Assembly: GCA_035604915.1 (NCBI GenBank)
Contig: DATNHQ010000023.1
Location: forward strand, 1-61,211
Direction: 5' to 3'
DNA: 61,211 bases
Source: Solirubrobacteraceae bacterium
Lineage (GTDB): Bacteria; Actinomycetota; Thermoleophilia; Solirubrobacterales; Solirubrobacteraceae
The notes under the pieces were generated by a model. That model worked only from the letters and a program-made list of their open reading frames with translations. It made no database searches and was not told the origin of the DNA. Shown here piece by piece: positions 33,117-41,435 of the stretch. Every line of letters starts with the position of its first letter. The first letter of the stretch is position 1. Both the position numbers and the translations under genes were made by a program.

Positions 33117-34481
33117 ATGTCCATCATCAGCCCCGCTGATCTCGAGGCGAGTCCGCTCGCCGACCTGCATGCCCTCGCCTCCGCGCTCGGCATCGACGGT
33201 TTCCGCCGCCTGCGCAAGGACGACCTGATCGACGCGATCCTGGCTCGCCAGGGCGCCGCCGCTCCACGACGGCCGCGTGCGCGCCGCTCCGCCGCAGCTG
33301 CACCCGACACCACTGACACCGCCGGCGTCGCGGACGTTGCCGAGGCCGAGGAGGAGGAGGGTGCAGCCGGACCTGCCGACGAGCGCCCCGCCCGCTCGAG
33401 CCGCTCGCGCCGGCGCCGCGGCGGCGGCCGTTCCCGTGACGGTGACGAGGAGTCGCCGGTCGGCGCCCCGCAGGCCTCACGCGAGGAGAGCGAGGCCCCG
33501 AGCGAGCGCATTGCCGAGGGCGTGGTCGAGCTGCTGGCCAACGGGTCCGGCTTCCTGCGCGTCAACGCCGACGAGGTCTCAGACGACGACGTCTACATCT
33601 CGGCGGCGCAGGCGCGCCGCTGCGAGCTCGTCGCCGGCGACCGCATCAGCGGCCCGGTGCGCGCCGCGCGGCGCTCGGAGCGCCACGCGTCGCTGATCCG
33701 CATCGACACGATCAACGGCGTCCCCGCGGACGAGGCGGTCGTCGGCACGCGGATCGACGACATCGACGTCGACTTCCCCAGCGAGCTGTTCGTGTTCGCC
33801 GACGACGCCGCGCTCGCGGCGCTGCCGCCGTTCGGGCGGGGTTCGCGCGTGGCGGTCGTCGGTCCGCCGCGCTCGGGGCGAAGCGCGCTGCTGGGGCTCA
33901 TCGCCGCGGCGCTCGCGGGCACCGACGGGCTCGACGTCGAGCTGCTCGCCGTCGGCGTGCGCCCGGAGGAGCTCTCGGAGTACAAGCTCCTCGAGCACGC
34001 GGTCTCGAGCGGGTTGTCGTTCGCGGCCTCGGCTGAGACGCAGGAGTCGGCCGTGGAGCAGGCTGCGGAGCGCGGCCGCCGGATCGCCCTGCGCGGGGGT
34101 AACGCGGTGCTGCTGATCGACACCCTCGACGGGCTCGGCCACGGCGCGGCCCGCCGCGCGATGGCGGCGGCGCGCAACCTCCGCGGCGCCGGCTCGCTGA
34201 CCGTGATCGCCACTGCCCGGGCTCCGCTCGGAGGGGAGACGACGCTGATCACGCTGCTAACCACCGGTGAGTTCCCCTCGCTCGACGAGTCGGCGTCCGG
34301 CACGCTGCGCCCGGAGCTCCTGGTCGCCGCCGCCCCCGCCAAGCCGGCCCGCGTCCGCAAGCCTCGCGCCCCCCGCAAGAAGGTCGAGGCCGAGCCGCCG
34401 ACCGGCGCCGAGCTGCCGTCCGACGCCGCGTCGGCGACCGACTCAGGGTCCGTCGACGGCGAAGACCACCTAGACCTCTAG
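33117..34481 (+). CDS. Rho-like protein (Rho N-terminal + CSD RNA-binding domains; divergent ATPase motifs)
   Basis: Rho_N (LADLHALASALGIDGFRRLRKDDLIDAIL). A charged insert follows, then the CSD (GVVELLANGSGFLRV...DVYISAAQARRCELVAGDRISGPVR) and a RecA-like region with GPPRSGRS and LLAVGVRPEEL. Confidence 0.65.
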   Translation: MSIISPADLEASPLADLHALASALGIDGFRRLRKDDLIDAILARQGAAAPRRPRARRSAAAAPDTTDTAGVADVAEAEEEEGAAGPADERPARSSRSRRRRGGGRSRDGDEESPVGAPQASREESEAPSERIAEGVVELLANGSGFLRVNADEVSDDDVYISAAQARRCELVAGDRISGPVRAARRSERHASLIRIDTINGVPADEAVVGTRIDDIDVDFPSELFVFADDAALAALPPFGRGSRVAVVGPPRSGRSALLGLIAAALAGTDGLDVELLAVGVRPEELSEYKLLEHAVSSGLSFAASAETQESAVEQAAERGRRIALRGGNAVLLIDTLDGLGHGAARRAMAAARNLRGAGSLTVIATARAPLGGETTLITLLTTGEFPSLDESASGTLRPELLVAAAPAKPARVRKPRAPRKKVEAEPPTGAELPSDAASATDSGSVDGEDHLDL

Positions 34482-34564
34482 CAATCGAGCCGGCCACGAA
34501 CGCCGAGCAACGCGCGTCCGCAGAGGCGAGCGTGCCGCAGCCGGCGCAGCAGCCGCTGTCGCGA

Positions 34565-35026
34565 TCAGTGGCGGTAGGCGACCCGGCCCCAGGAGGGCTC
34601 GGGCGCCAGATCGATCGGCTCGCCGCCTCGATCCGGCTGCACGTAGGAGAACGAGTGCGTCTCCTCGCAGTAGGCGACGTCGAGCTCGCCCTCGCGCACG
34701 CGCTGGTCGAGCCAGGCGCCGCGGAAGACGAGCCGGCGCAGCCAGTGGACCAGCGAGCGCTCGGCCGGGCCGATGATCTCCGGCCAGCAGTCGTTGACGT
34801 GAAGCCCGAGCGCCGAGGCCGGGTCGATGATCTCGCCGTTCACGGCGAGGTTGACGAGGTCCTCGAGCTCATGTGCATCGAGGCGGTCGCCGATGAAACC
34901 CAGGCGCAGCGCGGCTTGTTCGCAGCGCTCGCGGAAATCCAACTCGTTGAAAGTGAAGCGAAGCTCACCGTACTCGAGCACGAAGTCTTCGCCGGAGTTG
35001 TAGTTTCCACGTCGCGCAGTGTCCAT
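34565..35026 (-). CDS. Hypothetical protein (153 aa)
   Basis: This is the only compositionally protein-like part of the 1099-aa antisense ORF: MDTARRGNYNSGEDFVLEYGELRFTFNELDFRERCEQAAL... The start is ATG 35026. I recognise no family. Confidence 0.45.
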   Translation of the reverse strand: MDTARRGNYNSGEDFVLEYGELRFTFNELDFRERCEQAALRLGFIGDRLDAHELEDLVNLAVNGEIIDPASALGLHVNDCWPEIIGPAERSLVHWLRRLVFRGAWLDQRVREGELDVAYCEETHSFSYVQPDRGGEPIDLAPEPSWGRVAYRH

Positions 35027-35197
35027 GAACGAGCCCTTTGCGGAGGCGTCGGCATCATAAGCGGCTTTCCTGCATCGACACTCGCGGTGCACGCTTTCTT
35101 TCAGGCCGAGCAAGGACGAGTGCGAGTTACACATGGACGCTGATCGGAGGCCGCCATCGCGCGCCTGAGTGAGCACGGGCTGCGGCGCACGGTCGGC

Positions 35198-37075
35198 GTG
35201 CCCGGGCTCTTCGCGACGGCCTACGGCAACGTCGGCTCCTCGATCTATTACGCGCTCGGCCTGGTCGCCGCGCACGCGCTGGGGCTGACGCCGCTCGTAT
35301 TCCTGTTCGCGGGCGGCCTCTTCGCGTTGACCGCGAAGACCTACGCGGAGGGTGCCTCGATGTTCCCCGAGGCGGGAGGCTCCTCGTCGTTCGCGCGCCA
35401 CGCCTTCAACGACTCGATCTCCTTCTTCGCCGGCTGGGCGCTGTCGCTCGACTACATCCTCACGATCGCGATCTCGGCCTACTTCGTGCCGTTCTACGCG
35501 AGCGCGCTGCCGGGCCTCTCCGCGCTCGGCCACGCCCCCGGCAACATCATCGCCGCGCTGGTGGTGCTCGTCATCCTCGTCGTCCTCAACATCCGCGGCC
35601 TGGGCGAGTCGGCGAAGGTCAACTTCTTCCTGGCGGTCACCGACCTCGGCACCCAGGTCCTGGTCGTTCTGCTCGGTGCGGTGCTCGTGCTGAACCCCTC
35701 GCTGCTGGTCAACCAGGTGCACCTGGGGACCGCGCCGAGCGTCTCGCAGCTGATCTTCGCGCTGTCGATCGCGATGCTCGCCTACACCGGCATCGAGACG
35801 GTGTCGAACATGGCCGAGGAGGCCAAGGACCCGGGCCACGACGTGCCGCGCGCCGTCAACCTCGTGCTGATCGCCGTACTGACGGTGTACATGGGCATCT
35901 CCGTGATCGCGCTGTCCGCGCTGCCGGTGACCCACCACGTCGACGCGCACCACCACCTCGTCTACCAGACGCTGCTTGGCGAGAACGGCAAGCACGGCTT
36001 CGAGTCCGAGCCGGTGCTCGGGATCGTGCAGCACCTGCAGCTCGGCCACGGCGTACTGCTTCACATCGCCGAGTACTACGTCGGCCTGCTCGCGACGACG
36101 ATTCTCTTCATCGCCACCAATGCCGGCCTGATCGGCATCTCGCGGCTGTCGTGGTCGCTCTCGGAGCACCGCCAGCTCCCCGGCATCTTCTCCAAGCTGC
36201 ACCCGACCTATCGCACGCCGTGGTTCACGATCGTCTTCTTCTCGGCCTTCGCGGTGGCGCTGATCACCTTCGCGAACATCAACGTGCTCGGCAACCTCTA
36301 CTCCTTCGGCGCGATGCTGTCGTTCACGACGGCGCACGCAGCGGTCGTCGCGCTGCGGATCAAGCAGCCCGATCGCGAGCGACCGTACCGGATGCCGGGG
36401 AACGTGATGATCCGCGGCCGCTCGATCCCGATCACCGCGGTTGTGGGGGGGATTGGCACCTTCGCCGCCTGGATCGCCGTCGTGGCATTGCACCCGGAGG
36501 CCAAGTTCGTCGGCATCCCTTGGATGGTCGTGGGCATGGGCGGCTACGTCATCTACCGAAAGCGCTCGGGGCTGAGCCTGGTCCACAGCGTCGAGCCGAA
36601 CCGCCCCGAGCGCCCGCCGGACTTTCATGAGCTCGGCTACCGCACGGCGCTCGTGCCGATCTTCGGCGCCGACGTCTCCGCCCAGACGCTCGGCAGCGCA
36701 GCCAAGCTGATCGGCAAGAACGGCATCGTCTACGCGGTCTTCGTGCTGCCGGTGCCGCGCCAGCTCTCGCTGGACGCCGGGCTGGAGGCCGAGGAAGCGC
36801 TCGGCCGCTCGATCCTCGAGGGCGCGCAGATCCAGGGCCGCCGCCTCGGCATCAAGGTTCGCACCGGCCTGATCCGAGCCCGCAACCCGGGGGCTGCGCT
36901 GGCGGACGAGGCCCAGCGTATCGGTGCCGACGTGATCTACCTCTCGACGCTGCACGCTCCCGCGAGTGAGCAGCGCATCGGCCTGACGGCCTCCTACCTG
37001 CTCGATCGCCGGCCCTGCCGGATCGTGATCGAGACCGACAGCGCCGCGGCTGCGTCGTCGGTCGCGCTCGCCTGA
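35198..37075 (+). CDS. APC-superfamily amino acid/polyamine permease with C-terminal universal stress protein (Usp) domain
   Basis: GNVGSSIYYALG, FPEAGGSSSFARHAF and about 12 TM helices. The C-terminal ~140 aa are Usp-like (ALVPIFG...ADVIYLS). Confidence 0.8.
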   Translation: MPGLFATAYGNVGSSIYYALGLVAAHALGLTPLVFLFAGGLFALTAKTYAEGASMFPEAGGSSSFARHAFNDSISFFAGWALSLDYILTIAISAYFVPFYASALPGLSALGHAPGNIIAALVVLVILVVLNIRGLGESAKVNFFLAVTDLGTQVLVVLLGAVLVLNPSLLVNQVHLGTAPSVSQLIFALSIAMLAYTGIETVSNMAEEAKDPGHDVPRAVNLVLIAVLTVYMGISVIALSALPVTHHVDAHHHLVYQTLLGENGKHGFESEPVLGIVQHLQLGHGVLLHIAEYYVGLLATTILFIATNAGLIGISRLSWSLSEHRQLPGIFSKLHPTYRTPWFTIVFFSAFAVALITFANINVLGNLYSFGAMLSFTTAHAAVVALRIKQPDRERPYRMPGNVMIRGRSIPITAVVGGIGTFAAWIAVVALHPEAKFVGIPWMVVGMGGYVIYRKRSGLSLVHSVEPNRPERPPDFHELGYRTALVPIFGADVSAQTLGSAAKLIGKNGIVYAVFVLPVPRQLSLDAGLEAEEALGRSILEGAQIQGRRLGIKVRTGLIRARNPGAALADEAQRIGADVIYLSTLHAPASEQRIGLTASYLLDRRPCRIVIETDSAAAASSVALA

Positions 37076-37180
37076 GTCCCGCGGGCAGGCGCGCTGCCGG
37101 CGCGACGGCGCAGCTTCGTCGGCCGCGTGCCCGCGGTCGGCTCGGAGCGGGCCCCAACCGGCATCCCGCGGCATGCGCCG

Positions 37181-37240
37181 TGATGGGAAAGTGGATGCAA
37201 GTGGGGCGAAAGGAAGGAATTGTGTTGCAAAGTGGGAGGG
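37181..37240 (+). promoter_or_regulatory. Candidate MraZ operator / dcw promoter region (GTGG(G) repeats, 10-nt phasing)
   Basis: tgATGGGaaa GTGGAtgcaa GTGGGgcgaa ... aaaGTGGGaggg lies about 100 nt upstream of mraZ in a locally AT-richer stretch. Confidence 0.4.
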
Positions 37241-37330
37241 ATCTGCTACGTTGCCCGCAGCGAACCGGGGTGGAGTGGTTCCTCCCGCCTTCTCCAGCCC
37301 GGTTCGACCTTCTTCACGCAGCACCTTCCG

Positions 37331-37777
37331 ATGGCGTTCCGCGGCTCTTTCGACCACACACTCGATGCAAAGAACCGGCTCACGATCCCGGCGCGGCTGC
37401 GCAAGCCGCTTGCGGACGGCGTGGTCGTCGCTTTGCAGCGAGACGCCGACCGCTGCGTCGCGATCTGGTGCGCCAAGGACTTCGACGCGTTCGTCGACGG
37501 CCAGCTCCAGGGAATCCGTCCGCTCTCGGACGAGTACTCCATGCTGGAGCGCTTCTTCAACGCCTACTCGGCCGAGCTCGAGCTCGACGCCGCCGGACGC
37601 GTGATGGTGCCCGCCAAGCTGCTCGAGAAGGCCCGGCTCACCAAGGATGTTGTCGTGATCGGCGCCGGCAACCGCCTCGAGGTCTGGGACCGCGAGGCGT
37701 GGGAGCAAGAGGAAGACGGGCTCGCCACCGCCGTCAAGGAGATCGGACAGGGACCGCCGGGTGGCCACACTTCTTGA
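37331..37777 (+). CDS. mraZ: Transcriptional regulator MraZ
   Basis: MAFRGSFDHTLDAKNRLTIPARLR and a second DxxxR repeat (LELDAAGRVMVPAKL). Confidence 0.9.
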   Translation: MAFRGSFDHTLDAKNRLTIPARLRKPLADGVVVALQRDADRCVAIWCAKDFDAFVDGQLQGIRPLSDEYSMLERFFNAYSAELELDAAGRVMVPAKLLEKARLTKDVVVIGAGNRLEVWDREAWEQEEDGLATAVKEIGQGPPGGHTS

Positions 37778-37778
37778 A

Positions 37779-38723
37779 ATGACAGTCACACACGTCCCCG
37801 TGCTGGCCGGCGAGTTGATCGAGCTGCTCGACCCGCAGCCCGGGGCGGTGGTCGTCGACTGCACGGTCGGCGGCTGCGGTCATGCGCGCCTGATCGCCGA
37901 GCGGATCGGCTCGAGTGGCACGCTGATCGGGATCGACCGCGACCCGACCGCGCAGGAGCGCTTCGAGGAGCTCGCTCGCGACGTCAGCTGCAGCACGCGC
38001 TTCATCCGCGCGAGCTTCGCCGACGGTCTCGCGCTGCTGCTCGACGAGGGCGTCTCCGCCGACTGCGTCTACTTCGACCTCGGTACCTCGTCGATGCAGA
38101 TCGACACCTGGGAGCGCGGTTTCGCCTACTCCTACGACGCGCCGCTCGACATGCGCATGGACCCCGACCAGCAGCTCACCGCCGGCGAGATCGTGGGGAC
38201 GTGGGACGAGCGCCGGCTCGCGCGCCTATTGCGGGAGTTCGGCGAGGAGCGCTTCGCCGCCCAGATCGCCCGCGCGATCGTCGCCGAGCGCGAGCGTGCG
38301 CCCATCGTCACCACACTCGAGCTCGTCGAGGTGGTCAAGGCCGCGGTGCCGGTGCCCGCCCGCTTCGCCGGCGGGCACCCGGCGAAGCGGACCTTCCAGG
38401 CGCTCCGGATTGCGGTCAACGACGAGCTCGACCAGCTCGACGCCGCACTGCCGCTCGCGTGGGAGCTCCTGCACGCAGGCGGCTCGCTGGCCGCAATCTC
38501 GTTCCACTCGCTCGAGGATCGGCGCGTCAAGCAGTTTCTCGCCGCGCGCACGCGCGGCTGCATCTGCCCGCCCGACCTTCCGGTCTGCGGATGCGGGCGC
38601 ACGCCCGAGGGCGAGCTCTCCCACCGCCGCGCGATCGCGCCCACCGCCGGAGAGATCGCCGCCAACCCGCGCGCCGCGAGCGCACACCTGCGCGTCGCGC
38701 GCAAGCTCGGAGCCGGCGCGTGA
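37779..38723 (+). CDS. rsmH: 16S rRNA (cytosine1402-N4)-methyltransferase
   Basis: HVPVLAGELIELL...DCTVGGCGHA...FDLGTSSMQID...SFHSLEDRRVK. Confidence 0.9.
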   Translation: MTVTHVPVLAGELIELLDPQPGAVVVDCTVGGCGHARLIAERIGSSGTLIGIDRDPTAQERFEELARDVSCSTRFIRASFADGLALLLDEGVSADCVYFDLGTSSMQIDTWERGFAYSYDAPLDMRMDPDQQLTAGEIVGTWDERRLARLLREFGEERFAAQIARAIVAERERAPIVTTLELVEVVKAAVPVPARFAGGHPAKRTFQALRIAVNDELDQLDAALPLAWELLHAGGSLAAISFHSLEDRRVKQFLAARTRGCICPPDLPVCGCGRTPEGELSHRRAIAPTAGEIAANPRAASAHLRVARKLGAGA

Positions 38724-39691
38724 CGCCGCCCCCAGCGAGCGCAGCACGCCTTCGCGCCGGCGTCGCCGCGCCGGCGCCGCTGCGGCTGCCCCCCGCGCCG
38801 CGCCGCGTCTCCGGCCCGGCCCGGCGCGCGCGCGCCGCCGAGCGCCCGGCCACCGGCTTCAGCGGGGCCGTCGTGGCGCTGATCGACCACCCCTGGCTCG
38901 AGCGCCTCGTGCGCGGCCGCGCCTGGATCGCGATCGTCGCGACGGCGCTGCTCGGCATCGTCGCCATGCAGGTCGCGTTGCTGCGCCTCGGCGCCCAGGT
39001 TGGCGCGCAGACGGCAGCCGTGAACGCGTTGATCCTGCACAACGAGGCGATCGTGGCGACGATCGGCGGGCTCGAGGCGAGCCGCGGCCTGGGCGCTCCG
39101 GCGAGTTCGCTGGGAATGCTCTACCCGCCGCCCGGCGCCGTCACCTACCTGCAGGCCAATCCGGGCGACGCGCGCCGTGCCGCCGACCGCATGCAGCCGC
39201 CGAGCGCGGCCGCAAGCGCGGCCGCCGCCGCCCATCCGCTCTCGACGACGCCTAACGGCGCCGGTACGCACGCCGCGAAGTCGCCGGCGGGCAATGCGGC
39301 CGGCAAGCAGGCGGGCACGACGGCAGCTTCGACGGCCTCCGGCGGCGCCACGGGCGCCGCCGGCGCCGCGGCGACGGCGGGCGCAGCGACCGGGACGGGC
39401 TCGGCCGCCGGCGGCAGCGCCGCCAACACGGCCGGCACGGCAACGACGAGCGCTGGCGCCGCCAGCGGCACCCAGGCGACAGCGCCGAGCACCACCGGCA
39501 CGCCCAACCCGGCCACCACCAACACCACGGCGACGACGCCGGGCACCGCGGCGACCAGCACGCCGCCGGCCACGACCGCGGCCGGCGGTGCTGTCGTGAC
39601 GAGCGCCGCAGGCGGTGCGACCGCCGCCGCGACGACGGGGGCAAATTCCGGGGCCACCGTGGCCCCGGGTGCCACCGCGGCCGGCGGCTAG
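38720..39691 (+). CDS. FtsL-position single-pass membrane protein with long Ala/Thr/Gly-rich tail
   Basis: GTGA overlap with rsmH. The TM is AWIAIVATALLGIVAMQVALL, followed by a short coiled segment. About 180 aa of low complexity follow. Confidence 0.55.
   Translation: MTPPPASAARLRAGVAAPAPLRLPPAPRRVSGPARRARAAERPATGFSGAVVALIDHPWLERLVRGRAWIAIVATALLGIVAMQVALLRLGAQVGAQTAAVNALILHNEAIVATIGGLEASRGLGAPASSLGMLYPPPGAVTYLQANPGDARRAADRMQPPSAAASAAAAAHPLSTTPNGAGTHAAKSPAGNAAGKQAGTTAASTASGGATGAAGAAATAGAATGTGSAAGGSAANTAGTATTSAGAASGTQATAPSTTGTPNPATTNTTATTPGTAATSTPPATTAAGGAVVTSAAGGATAAATTGANSGATVAPGATAAGG
39240..39690 (+). repeat. Low-complexity GCN/ACN/GGN coding tract (A/T/G-rich peptide)
   Basis: Seen directly: ...AGKQAGTTAASTASGGATGAAGAAATAGAATGTGSAAGGSAANTAGTATTSAGAASG... 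Confidence 0.8.
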
Positions 39692-39693
39692 GT

Positions 39694-41352
39694 TTGGCGC
39701 TCCGCCAGGGCAGAATCGGCGTTCTGCTGGGCGTGTTCGCCCTGCTTCTGGCGGTGGCCGCTGTCCGTACGCTGCAGCTGACCACGCTGAACGCCGGGTC
39801 GCTCTCCAGCGCGGCCAACCGCGAGCACGCGGCGACGGTCACGATTCCTGCCCCGCGCGGCGCGATCGTCGACCGAAACGGCGTCATGCTCGCCGTCACG
39901 CAGGCGGCGTACGACGTGACCGCTGCACCGAATCTCGTGAGCGACCCGACGGCGTTCGCGCTCGAGCTCGCGCCGCTGCTCCGCGAGAGCGCCGCGACGA
40001 TCGAGCACGACCTCACCCACCCGACCTCCTCGGCCAGCTACACGGTGCTGGCGCGGCAGATCCCACCGGTGACCGCTCAGTACATCAGCTCGCTGAAGCT
40101 GACGGGGCTCGAGGTCAGCTCCGACCCGCTGCGCTTCTACCCGGAGGACCACGGGTACCTCGCCGCGCAGGTGCTGGGCGGCGTCGGCGCCGAGGGTGGC
40201 GGGCTCGGCGGAATCGAACAGCAGTACAACACCGCGCTGAGCGGACAACCGGGGATCCAGCCCGTGATCTACGACGGCCAGGGCAGGGTCATCAACGTCT
40301 CCGGGACGACGCCGGTGACCGGCGCGACCGTGCAGCTGACGCTCGACGTCGCCGTGCAGCACTACACCGACAGCGTTGCCGCGGCCACCGGCGAGAGCTT
40401 CGCCGCACAGCACGTCATTGCGATCGTGCTCTCCCCGCGCACGGGCGCGATCCTCGCGATGTCGAGCTGGCCGCGCGTCAATGCCAACGTCCCGGCCAAA
40501 GTCGGGCTCGCGGCCAACAACGCGGTGGGGCTCGACTACGAGCCTGGGTCGGCCTTCAAGGTCGTCACCGTCGCCGGCGCGCTCTCGGACGGCATCATCT
40601 CGCCGAGCTCGCAGCTCGTCGTCCCCGACTCGATCCGGGTCGCCGACCGCACCATCCATGACGCGGAGTTCCATCCGACCGAGTCGCTGAAGATCGGCCA
40701 GATCCTCGCCCGGTCGAGCAACGTCGGCGCGATCAAGATCGCCGAAAAGCTCGGCCCCTCGCGGCTCTACTACTGGATCCGCCGCTTCGGCTTCGGCTCA
40801 CCCACCGGCGTCGGCCTGCCCAACGACGAGCAGGGGATCGTGCCAGCGGTCGGCAACTGGTCGGGCTCCTCGATCGGCAACATCCCGATCGGCCAGGGCA
40901 TCGACGTGACGGCGCTGCAGCTCGCCACCGCCTACGCCGCGATCGCCGACGGCGGCGTGCTGCGCCCGCCGCACATCGTCTCGAGCGTGGGCGGCGTGGC
41001 CGTTCACGTGCCCGCCGGCACGCGGATCGTCAGCACGACCGTCGCCCACCAGCTCAGCGGCATGCTCGAGGAGGTCACCAGCGCCGGCGGCACGGCCGCC
41101 GAGATCCAGATCCACGGCTACCGGCTCGCGGGCAAGACCGGCACGGCCAACAAGGTCGTCAACGGGGTCTATTCCACGAGGGACTACTTCGCAACGTTCG
41201 TCGGCTTCGCGCCGGCCCAGGACCCCCAGCTCGAGGCGATCGTGATGGTCGACCAGCCGCAGGGCGCGGTGTCCGGCGCCCAGGTCGCGGCACCGGCCTG
41301 GCAGAAGATCATGGATTTCGCGCTGCCCTACCTAAAGATCTCGCCGCATTAG
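39694..41352 (+). CDS. ftsI: Penicillin-binding protein, FtsI/PBP2-type transpeptidase
   Basis: TTG start. An N-terminal TM is followed by the dimerisation domain. The active-site motifs are SAFKV (SxxK), SSN and KTGTA. Confidence 0.85.
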   Translation: MALRQGRIGVLLGVFALLLAVAAVRTLQLTTLNAGSLSSAANREHAATVTIPAPRGAIVDRNGVMLAVTQAAYDVTAAPNLVSDPTAFALELAPLLRESAATIEHDLTHPTSSASYTVLARQIPPVTAQYISSLKLTGLEVSSDPLRFYPEDHGYLAAQVLGGVGAEGGGLGGIEQQYNTALSGQPGIQPVIYDGQGRVINVSGTTPVTGATVQLTLDVAVQHYTDSVAAATGESFAAQHVIAIVLSPRTGAILAMSSWPRVNANVPAKVGLAANNAVGLDYEPGSAFKVVTVAGALSDGIISPSSQLVVPDSIRVADRTIHDAEFHPTESLKIGQILARSSNVGAIKIAEKLGPSRLYYWIRRFGFGSPTGVGLPNDEQGIVPAVGNWSGSSIGNIPIGQGIDVTALQLATAYAAIADGGVLRPPHIVSSVGGVAVHVPAGTRIVSTTVAHQLSGMLEEVTSAGGTAAEIQIHGYRLAGKTGTANKVVNGVYSTRDYFATFVGFAPAQDPQLEAIVMVDQPQGAVSGAQVAAPAWQKIMDFALPYLKISPH

Positions 41353-41435
41353 CACCCCGCGTGGAGCTGGCGCTCTCGCCGCACGCCAGGACGCTCGCCG
41401 AGAGCCCTCGGCGGGGCGTCATACACTGCGGCGCG

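Noticed and set aside
34565-37864. 1099-aa minus-strand ORF spanning the permease and mraZ region
   Set aside because: Apart from its last ~150 codons, it runs antisense to a well-supported APC permease and mraZ. Its composition (R/A/G/D/E/V/H runs) is typical of antisense frames in high-GC DNA.
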